A stretch of DNA of 32,000 bases from the IMG/VR virus record IMGVR_UViG_3300045988_138510, positions 54,063 to 86,062 of that record; one strand, 5' to 3'. Origin of the DNA: a virus. The notes beneath the pieces are model-generated. The model had not been told where the DNA came from, did no database searches, and saw only the letters and a list, made by a program, of their open reading frames with translations. This document shows positions 9,875 through 17,020 of the stretch, one piece after another; the first letter of the stretch is position 1; each line of letters opens with the position of its first letter. The translations under genes and the position numbers were made by a program.

Positions 9875-10261
9875 TTATCCTAATTCAGCAAGAGCCTTGT
9901 CTAATTCTTCATCAGACATATTCTCTAATGCCGCATCCTGTCTCTTGGCTTTAATTTCCAGAAGGCGCTGCTTCATTTCCTTGTTCTTCTTAGCATCTTC
10001 TCTTGCCTTAATTTCTTCCAGTTTGACGCCGACAATATACTTTACAATCTCAATCTTCTCGGAAAGTTCTTCATCTTCCTTTGACTTAGTATGCAGAAGA
10101 CTTTCTTCTTCGGTTTTCTTTACTTCTGCGTTAAGCGCCTTAAACACAGAATCCAGATTGGTTAATGATAAGCTCCAAAGATCAATAACATTTACCATCC
10201 CTCTAAATGGGAACTGAAAATTCTCACGGGTTGCTTTTACAAATAATTCATTGGTTGTCAT
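9875..10261 (-). CDS. hypothetical, highly charged coiled-coil-like protein (128 aa)
   Basis: Charged heptad-like C-terminal half; collinear ORF. Confidence 0.75.
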   Translation of the reverse strand: MTTNELFVKATRENFQFPFRGMVNVIDLWSLSLTNLDSVFKALNAEVKKTEEESLLHTKSKEDEELSEKIEIVKYIVGVKLEEIKAREDAKKNKEMKQRLLEIKAKRQDAALENMSDEELDKALAELG

Positions 10262-10281
10262 AATAATATTCTCCTTTATTT

Positions 10282-12345
10282 TTAAAATTTAATCTTCATG
10301 ATACGCTCAGTTGCACCTTTTACCTTGACTACGACATCTGCCCTCTTAGTCATTGAAAAACCAATACCAGAAAGCTGATTATCGGTATCCTGTACATGAC
10401 ACTTAGCTCCCAATGCTTCAAACACCCTCTTGTGTTTATCAAGTTCGTTTTTCAAAAACTCATTGTAATAACCATTAGGCTCTTCGGTATTTACACAATC
10501 CTTCAGGAAGAAAAATACATGTCTATGACCAATTCCGTTCTGATCATCAAAATAATTTGGACTATAACTAATTACAGATACAGGAACAAACTGATTGGTC
10601 TGAACTCCCCAAATATCACGACTAGAAACACTCGAAGTACCGTTCAGCTTTTCTTTAATTGAGAAGTTTCCATTTTCGTCAAGAATTACTTCTGCAACAG
10701 TTACATCACCAGATACAGGATGATTATATTCAAAAGCATGAATTTCACCATCAAACTCAATTTCTGCTTTAAATCCCTTACTGCCTCTAGCAGCAAACTG
10801 ATGTACAAAGAATCTATATGTACCAGGCTTCATATGAGATTTGTCCGCCCATGTAATATTTTCTACTGAAGGTTTGCCCTTCATCTGCTCCATTGGTCTA
10901 GTAATGTCAATATCAAGCTGCCCACCCATCCTAGACATCCGAGGTTTCCTGCAATTGCAATAATAGATTTCATTACTATCTGGTTCAATACAATGAGCAT
11001 CAAGATCACTATTATCATTTTGCGCCTCATTCCACATGATGGAAAATCTAAGCACACCGTTAACATTACCTCCTGCAGCTTTAACATTCTGTTTCATGTC
11101 TGAATCGGTAATATTGCCACTATAGGCCCAGGATAAACCGTTGTTCCATTTAAACATTGTCTTTGCATTTGGATTTACTGGTGCGATTAAAGATACAAAG
11201 TTCTTCTCATGTCTATTCTCTACAAATGCCTCGATTTCTTTTGCAGTTGGAAGCACCTTGTCAATAAAATCCTGTGCAGAAATCTCTTCAACTTTAGAGA
11301 ACTTCTTTGGATTTACAGTAACATCCTTTTCCATCTGTCCAAAAATATCGTCTGCATCAGTCATTTTTCTGGCAGCTTCTTTATTAGAGAACAAAACATT
11401 GTTTACAGAAATATCATTCAAAGTAGCAAATCTACGCTGTAAAGAATCCATATAACCAAGCTCAGTAATGGTCTTCTTTGCGTCCTCTAACATCTTTTTA
11501 GTGAAAATTGCCTTTGGGCGCTTATAGCTGGCGGGGGCTACAATCTGCTCATATTTTTTAACTGCTAAATCGAGATCCATATCTTCACTGATATTTACAA
11601 GCAGAGTTCCGATAGAATGATTTCTAATACGACCAATTGCCATACCAGCCTTAATGGATTTTTCCCAAGTGTACAGAGCCTTATCTGTTGCTGTTGTTAA
11701 CTTGTCATATTCCTTCTTATATTTCTTAAATTCAGTCAGAGCGCCTTTCCACTCTTCGCCTTTATATAAGGTGTTGGAATTGATCAGCTCTAATACTGTA
11801 TCAACTGCATCCATAGTGATTTCGTCTAAAGAACGCTTAAACACATTTCTGGTATCACGGAACTGACCTTTGATTTCTTCATTAGAAGAACTCGTGCGAT
11901 TTACAAATTTATCTGGAAGTTCTAAGAAGAAATGATCCCATCTATGAGCTTTACCATTGATTTCTTCAAAGTTATAATCTGTTCCAATCTTTTTAAACTT
12001 ACTCAAATAAATATCGGAAACTGCATGAGCTTTTACGAATTTATCCAGCGCATTAGCAACTGTCTGATATGTAGGGTCATTTAATTTAAGTTCCCAAATT
12101 GTATGCATCTGGTTATCCTTAATAACTACTGCCACGCCAATATTCTTAATAAAATGTCTGCAGCAACTACAATCGTGTTCTGTTCTCTCACGGTAGATAG
12201 GGTTAGTACCCGCTGGAAAACTGTTTAAATAAGTATTCCACAGCTCATCCTTATCTACTAACACCTCGAATAATTTGTCTGCATCCTTCTGCATTTCATT
12301 GAAATGTTCCTGTAAAGCTTCCTTAAACTCCATAAATCCATCCAT
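10282..12345 (-). CDS. large uncharacterised protein with YfaP/DUF2135-like beta domain (687 aa)
   Basis: Segment FSIMWNEAQNDNSDLDAHCIEPDSNEIYYCN...LDIDITRPM...ENITWADKSHMKPGTYRFFVHQFAARGSKGFKAEIEFDGE resembles the LxWxxxxxDLDLHxxxPxG...LDxDxxxGxGPExIxxxxxxxGxYxVxVxxY pattern of DUF2135/YfaP-type domains. Confidence 0.75.
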   Translation of the reverse strand: MDGFMEFKEALQEHFNEMQKDADKLFEVLVDKDELWNTYLNSFPAGTNPIYRERTEHDCSCCRHFIKNIGVAVVIKDNQMHTIWELKLNDPTYQTVANALDKFVKAHAVSDIYLSKFKKIGTDYNFEEINGKAHRWDHFFLELPDKFVNRTSSSNEEIKGQFRDTRNVFKRSLDEITMDAVDTVLELINSNTLYKGEEWKGALTEFKKYKKEYDKLTTATDKALYTWEKSIKAGMAIGRIRNHSIGTLLVNISEDMDLDLAVKKYEQIVAPASYKRPKAIFTKKMLEDAKKTITELGYMDSLQRRFATLNDISVNNVLFSNKEAARKMTDADDIFGQMEKDVTVNPKKFSKVEEISAQDFIDKVLPTAKEIEAFVENRHEKNFVSLIAPVNPNAKTMFKWNNGLSWAYSGNITDSDMKQNVKAAGGNVNGVLRFSIMWNEAQNDNSDLDAHCIEPDSNEIYYCNCRKPRMSRMGGQLDIDITRPMEQMKGKPSVENITWADKSHMKPGTYRFFVHQFAARGSKGFKAEIEFDGEIHAFEYNHPVSGDVTVAEVILDENGNFSIKEKLNGTSSVSSRDIWGVQTNQFVPVSVISYSPNYFDDQNGIGHRHVFFFLKDCVNTEEPNGYYNEFLKNELDKHKRVFEALGAKCHVQDTDNQLSGIGFSMTKRADVVVKVKGATERIMKIKF

Positions 12346-12346
12346 A

Positions 12347-12700
12347 TTATTTATCTCCTTTTAAATATTTTCCTTTATGATATTTTCCAGCTACGTTATG
12401 CGCTTTAACATCATCCTCAAATTCTTTCGAATATGGAACTGAATATGTATAAGCTCCTCCAAAATACACCTGACAATCTTCATCATTAACTGTAGGGATA
12501 AATACATAAGTTCTCTGAATAGTCATTGCTGCACCACCTATGCTTTCAAAACCTCCACTTGTATTACCCCATAACTGTGTGAAGGTTTCCATAACAAAAT
12601 CACGGATACTGTTATCATTATAATTTTTTAAATGATAAGGAAATTCTTCATGGATTGCTAAAAGTTCTCTTGCAATCTGTATTAAATTCAATTCACCCAT
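12347..12700 (-). CDS. hypothetical protein in VWA module (117 aa)
   Basis: Directly abuts the 687-aa CDS. Confidence 0.65.
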   Translation of the reverse strand: MGELNLIQIARELLAIHEEFPYHLKNYNDNSIRDFVMETFTQLWGNTSGGFESIGGAAMTIQRTYVFIPTVNDEDCQVYFGGAYTYSVPYSKEFEDDVKAHNVAGKYHKGKYLKGDK

Positions 12701-12734
12701 TTTATCTCACCTTTCTCTGGAATATCGTTTTCAT

Positions 12735-12974
12735 CTACTCAAATATTCTCTTAATCCTTTCGATAATTCCGGCTTCCGTCTTTATTTTTACAACACTTAC
12801 TTCATGAAAGCATTTATAATTAAGGTCATGAAGTAATTCCATTAATTCACCGTTATCTTTTATTCGAATCGTAACTTTAGGATAAATTGATGCATCGTGT
12901 TTTGTCCTTAGAATTTCAACATTATGTTCGCTCAATACAGAAAAAATTATTTTGCCGTCTTCTACATAATCCAT
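12735..12974 (-). CDS. hypothetical protein (79 aa)
   Basis: Collinear ORF. Confidence 0.6.
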   Translation of the reverse strand: MDYVEDGKIIFSVLSEHNVEILRTKHDASIYPKVTIRIKDNGELMELLHDLNYKCFHEVSVVKIKTEAGIIERIKRIFE

Positions 12975-13007
12975 ATATCGTAAAATTGCTTTTATTCATT
13001 CCCTCTA

Positions 13008-13373
13008 TTAGTCATCAAAATCAAATTCGCTGAGTAATTCGCTTCCATTTCCCCACCAATCAGGTTTTCCACTATCCTCTTTTGCTGGTTCACATGTCCA
13101 GCATTCAATCTCTTTGCCATCTACATCAACAATTGGAGTAGCCCAATTAGAACACCCATAAACATATCCATTGTAATATTCTCCTCTTGCGAAGATTAAA
13201 CCACTTGTGTTATTCCAATCTTCACGAAGTCCTGCATAAATTACTGAATTTGGATTTTCGTCTACAATTTTCTGAACCTTATTCCAGTCCATATATTTCG
13301 TTCTTCCAATTAGTTTTGTAGCAACTGCAGTTGGTCCTAAGAAACCCATTGCAAAATCTATATAACCTTTCAT
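13008..13373 (-). CDS. hypothetical protein (121 aa)
   Basis: Collinear ORF abutting the ATPase gene. Confidence 0.65.
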   Translation of the reverse strand: MKGYIDFAMGFLGPTAVATKLIGRTKYMDWNKVQKIVDENPNSVIYAGLREDWNNTSGLIFARGEYYNGYVYGCSNWATPIVDVDGKEIECWTCEPAKEDSGKPDWWGNGSELLSEFDFDD

Positions 13374-14072
13374 CTATTTCTCCTCCGTTTTATATCTCTT
13401 ATCTTTCTTTTCTCTAGTTTTCAGGATAAATTTCTTATATTCTTCGTACCCGTCAAACCGGATATATTTACCCTCCATAACATCAAAACAATCTGAATTA
13501 TGTGCTAACTCATATTCATTAGATGAGATTACAATATACACTTCCATTCCATGCATTTTTGCATCATTCAAAACCATCTGGAAGAAATCTTTCATCTCAA
13601 TAACATTGTCAATGGAATATCCTGAATCCATAGCATCTAACAAAATCCATCTCTCATTAGAAGTGATTTCAATCTCTTCTTCATCTGAAAGTAGTCTACC
13701 TAGTTTATTAAATCTATCTCCATTATCACCTGTCTGAATGAACTTTCTCAGTTTCGAGGCAATCTTGCCAAGGTTTATTGTGATGTTCTCACCTTCAGAA
13801 GAACACAATGCGGTTGCTCCTAATGCAACATCGCCGTAAAACATACTTTCTCCAATGGAATTATGTCCACCGTCTTTCTCGTTATCATAAATGAAAGTTG
13901 GAATGTCTTCTTTCTTAAGTTCTTCACGGATATTGTGAAGCAATGTGCTTTTACCAGCTCCATTACATCCAACTAAAACTGTCACTCCTGATTTAATTTC
14001 AATTTCTTTCTTGCGACATGTAGAAAATCCTTCATCATATGGATCACGCCAAGTTTTAAATGTTCTACTCAT
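13374..14072 (-). CDS. ABC/SMC-like P-loop ATPase (232 aa)
   Basis: Walker A VGCNGAGKST; Walker B-like RWILLDAMDSG; late SSNEYELA segment. Confidence 0.8.
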   Translation of the reverse strand: MSRTFKTWRDPYDEGFSTCRKKEIEIKSGVTVLVGCNGAGKSTLLHNIREELKKEDIPTFIYDNEKDGGHNSIGESMFYGDVALGATALCSSEGENITINLGKIASKLRKFIQTGDNGDRFNKLGRLLSDEEEIEITSNERWILLDAMDSGYSIDNVIEMKDFFQMVLNDAKMHGMEVYIVISSNEYELAHNSDCFDVMEGKYIRFDGYEEYKKFILKTREKKDKRYKTEEK

Positions 14073-14109
14073 ATATTCTCCCTTCTAAATTTCGATTTCA
14101 TTATGTATT

Positions 14110-15672
14110 TTAATTTTTATCATATTGATCTTTATATGTATTCTCGTATTCCAACCTATTATATTTTCTCCAAATCATACCTCGCCTTGTACGCACAATC
14201 TTCACTTTAGAACATTCATTTTTCTTAAGTTGTCCATACTCTTCTGGACTTAATGAAATGGTTGGATTATCTACTTTTTGATTTTTATATGTAAAAAATA
14301 TTTTATACTTACCTTTATGAATTTGCATTGTTTTGACTTCTGCCAAATTACCTTTATGATTTCCTGATTTTATAAAAATTAAATCACCAGCTTTTAAACA
14401 ATAAAAATGACATTCTCTTCGTTGTTTTCCTTTTTCTACCTTCTTTTCTCTATATTGTCTAAGATTATCTACTTCATTTTTACATGTTGTCCTCCAAGAC
14501 GATGCATTATCCAATCTTGTATAACATAATTCCGTTCCTGATTTAGTTTTCCCATCTCGTATGTCTATATATTTCGCATCAAAAAAGCTTTCCATTTTTC
14601 TATCATTACATCTTTTCTGATCTACTATATAAATGAATTTTGTTAATGAGATATTTTTCCATTCTTTTAGACATACCGCATCAGTGTAATGGAACTTTGG
14701 TAAACCTATAAGTTTACGATTAATTTTTGTCTCATAACCATAAGCAAGTTCTACATCTTTAAAATCCGCACATAATGCATTGTAGATTTTATATCTGACA
14801 ATATTCATAAAAGTAGAATCCTTATAGGTATCAGGCATCTTCTTATTTTGCAATTCCCTAAAATATTTATTATTATTGTTATTGGAATGAACCAGACGAT
14901 GGTGATGATGACAAAGACAAATAAGATTACTCGGACGATTTGTGCCGCCAGCAGATCTTGGAATAATATGATGTACTTCTATAGTATCGTTGTTTTTATT
15001 CTTTACTTTTCCACTCGATAAACACATTTGACATGTATGTTTATCTCTATCCCTTACATATGCGGTAACATTTTCATACCCTTTCATTTCTCCATTTTGA
15101 TAATCTTTTCCAGAAATTATTCTTCCATCCAAATCTGCGATCATTTTCTGAATATCAAATTTCGCTACTTCAATAATTATCCTATCTATTGGAACCCATT
15201 GAGCAATTTTCTTTATTAACCGAATATGTGAATCTATTTTATGTTGTATAGATGGAGCAATCCATCCATCTTGATTTCCATTTTTATACGTAGAATTATG
15301 AACTGTTTTATAATCTACATTCTTATTTTTTCGATATCTCAATCTAGCTCGTTTAAATTTGCGATTCGAGGCCCTAACAGTGAGCCTTTCACTCATTCCT
15401 TGTAACAGATTGACCTGTCCTGCCAGATATTCATGCTCGCTATCACTTACAGAAAAACCTATATTTAGATAACCACTATCTATTTTTAATTCAAATATAT
15501 TTCTTATTTCATAATCTGCTGAATACTCATCAAGTCTTTGTATTACTGTTGGATCATGATTTATAATCTTAGCTTTATTATGTCTTAATAAATACGCTGC
15601 CGTACTCTCTTTAATTGGAATACAAGGAACTTTATCCTTGTCTACCATAAATACAAAATCTAAATAATTCAT
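14110..15672 (-). CDS. iscB: IscB-family RNA-guided nuclease (RRxRR/PLMP + RuvC + HNH)
   Basis: N-term VFMVDKDKVPCIPIKESTAAYLLRHNKAKII (PLMP-like); RuvC-I LKIDSGYLNIGFSV (D65); bridge RASNRKFKRARLRYR; RuvC-II RIIIEVAKFD (E168); HNH YVRDRDKHTCQMC...IEVHHIIPRSAGGTNRPSNLICLCHHHHRLVH; RuvC-III LPKFHYTDAVCL (H328/D331); C-term KAGDLIFIKSGNHKGNLAEVKTMQIHKGKYKIFF. SD-like TAAGGA upstream of ATG. Confidence 0.93.
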   Translation of the reverse strand: MNYLDFVFMVDKDKVPCIPIKESTAAYLLRHNKAKIINHDPTVIQRLDEYSADYEIRNIFELKIDSGYLNIGFSVSDSEHEYLAGQVNLLQGMSERLTVRASNRKFKRARLRYRKNKNVDYKTVHNSTYKNGNQDGWIAPSIQHKIDSHIRLIKKIAQWVPIDRIIIEVAKFDIQKMIADLDGRIISGKDYQNGEMKGYENVTAYVRDRDKHTCQMCLSSGKVKNKNNDTIEVHHIIPRSAGGTNRPSNLICLCHHHHRLVHSNNNNNKYFRELQNKKMPDTYKDSTFMNIVRYKIYNALCADFKDVELAYGYETKINRKLIGLPKFHYTDAVCLKEWKNISLTKFIYIVDQKRCNDRKMESFFDAKYIDIRDGKTKSGTELCYTRLDNASSWRTTCKNEVDNLRQYREKKVEKGKQRRECHFYCLKAGDLIFIKSGNHKGNLAEVKTMQIHKGKYKIFFTYKNQKVDNPTISLSPEEYGQLKKNECSKVKIVRTRRGMIWRKYNRLEYENTYKDQYDKN

Positions 15673-15683
15673 ATGTATTATCC

Positions 15684-15971
15684 TTAAAATAATCTCGGCA
15701 TATAGCCGGTAATGCTCTTCGACAATGTTATAAAAAGTTTATAATATTGATATCACTTGCATTTGGTATCTTTAGTGTAATGCATGTTTAAATATCAATG
15801 ATATAGTCATTACTAGAGCGATATAATGGTATATTATCTTTTTATAACGTAGTAACCTAAGTCTATTTTTAATTCACACTTATAATTTCAGAAGACTACT
15901 TTGGCGTTTTGTAACCCTCTGAAATTACTTACCTCTAAAACAGTAAGATCAGATTTCGATAGTCATTGTTT
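15684..15971 (-). ncRNA. putative omegaRNA (HEARO-like) with 30-nt guide at its 5' end
   Basis: About 240 nt without a long ORF between the IscB start and the repeats; 18-bp repeat/anti-repeat hairpin (15882-15928); ORF-proximal hairpin CGGC-TATAT-GCCG inside GAGCATTACCGGCTATATGCCGAG. Boundaries are estimates. Confidence 0.7.
15882..15928 (-). other. repeat/anti-repeat hairpin (tracr-like fused to the terminal repeat)
   Basis: Minus strand GTAATTTCAGAGGGTTAC (15928-15911) pairs with GTAGTCTTCTGAAATTAT (15899-15882): 18 contiguous pairs including 4 G.U, loop AAAACGCCAAA. Confidence 0.8.
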
Positions 15972-16007
15972 GTTTTGTAACCCTCTGAAATTACTTACCT
16001 CTAAAGA
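15906..16007 (-). CRISPR. mini CRISPR-like array: 2 repeats (36 nt), 1 spacer (30 nt)
   Basis: Plus-strand gttttgtaaccctctgaaattacttacctctaaaac at 15906-15941 and gttttgtaaccctctgaaattacttacctctaaaga at 15972-16007 (34/36). Spacer 15942-15971. Minus-strand consensus GTTTTAGAG...TACAAAAC has the ends typical of type II repeats. Confidence 0.8.
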
Positions 16008-16056
16008 TCTGTTACCATATTATTTTTCTCCTATCTTATGCATTTTTTTCTAATAA

Positions 16057-16074
16057 GGCGGCATTTCTACCGCC
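16057..16074 (-). terminator. possible weak intrinsic terminator downstream of the 174-aa CDS
   Basis: Minus-strand GGCGG-TAGAAATG-CCGCC followed by TTATT; short, imperfect U tract. Confidence 0.35.
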
Positions 16075-16082
16075 CATATGTA

Positions 16083-16607
16083 TTACTTACAACTCGCTTC
16101 AGAAAGCTCTTTGTTAAAATCACGCAGCGCTCTCAGATATGCTTCTTTCTGAGTTTCGATCTGTTCTTCCTTACGTTTCTCAGCTTTGCGTTTCTTGTAA
16201 GCAGCTAACTTCGCCTTGCGTTTGTGAATTCTTTCTTTCTCTTTAGCTTCAGCATTTTCTTTCTTTAACTTGTTCTCATAACACTTAAGACCATTATGAA
16301 CTGCCTTATTATACGAACTGCTTCCGCCGAGTACATGTTTCGCAATACAGATAGAAATTGCCATTTCTAAACTAAATACATCTGGCTCTCTGCAAACCGA
16401 TTTCTGTTTGTCTCCATCCGTAAACGTTACTTCTACAACTTTATTCTCTACAATGATATTTACATCTTTGATTTTTACATTAGGCTCTTTTTTAATAGGT
16501 AAAGTGCCGCTTATTGGTATTTCTATATATATTTTGTCCATATCTCGTTTGTAATTTAATTTTAATGAAGTAGTAGTAGTAGTTAATTTGTTCTCCATAT
16601 GTATCAC
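16083..16607 (-). CDS. hypothetical protein, Lys/Glu/Arg-rich C-terminal helix (174 aa)
   Basis: Collinear ORF (GTG start, or internal ATG at the 4th codon). Confidence 0.7.
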   Translation of the reverse strand: MIHMENKLTTTTTSLKLNYKRDMDKIYIEIPISGTLPIKKEPNVKIKDVNIIVENKVVEVTFTDGDKQKSVCREPDVFSLEMAISICIAKHVLGGSSSYNKAVHNGLKCYENKLKKENAEAKEKERIHKRKAKLAAYKKRKAEKRKEEQIETQKEAYLRALRDFNKELSEASCK

Positions 16608-16993
16608 TCTCCAATCTTTTTATATTCTTCCAGCATCTTAGCAAACTCAGGATCTTTCTCAGCTGCCCATTCATATTTCCCTTCGTTAACGATTTCTTTT
16701 AATCTTTTATCCAATTCTTTCTTAAGTTTCATCTTTCTTCTACGTTCTTCAACACGTTTGTCAAATGCCTTTGTATCAACTTTACAAATAACTTCCGCTG
16801 TAAGATCTACTTTTCCTTCAAATTCTTCTGGTGTAAGAATATTGACGATCTCCAAAATATCATGACAAGCTCCTGACACTAAAATCTTATCTCCAACTTT
16901 ATAGTGATTCTGATCCTTATAGATCGCATAGTAGTATCTTCCACAACCCTGATTCGTTTCTGCCACTTCATAATAACCTGTTAATTTTGCCAT
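16604..16993 (-). CDS. hypothetical protein (129 aa)
   Basis: 4-nt overlap with downstream CDS; beta-rich N-term and charged helical C-term. Confidence 0.7.
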   Translation of the reverse strand: MAKLTGYYEVAETNQGCGRYYYAIYKDQNHYKVGDKILVSGACHDILEIVNILTPEEFEGKVDLTAEVICKVDTKAFDKRVEERRRKMKLKKELDKRLKEIVNEGKYEWAAEKDPEFAKMLEEYKKIGE

Positions 16994-17020
16994 TTTCTTT
17001 TACCTCTTTCTATGTATTTT

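Noticed and set aside
9867-10217. 116-aa plus-strand ORF
   Set aside because: Ser/Leu-rich antisense shadow of the charged minus-strand gene 9875-10261.
14110-15672. Compact Cas9 (type II-C/II-D) instead of IscB
   Set aside because: At 520 aa with an N-terminal PLMP-like segment, short bridge and HNH directly after RuvC-II, there is no room for a Cas9 REC lobe; IscB fits better. No cas1/cas2 nearby.
14110-16007. Complete IS200/IS605-type transposon around IscB
   Set aside because: No TnpA-like HUH transposase ORF nearby and no recognisable end structures found by eye.
16492-16674. 60-aa minus-strand ORF
   Set aside because: Overlaps the junction of two well-supported collinear genes in another frame.
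16599-16865. 88-aa plus-strand ORF
   Set aside because: Antisense to 16604-16993; composition is Ser/Leu/Phe-rich shadow sequence.
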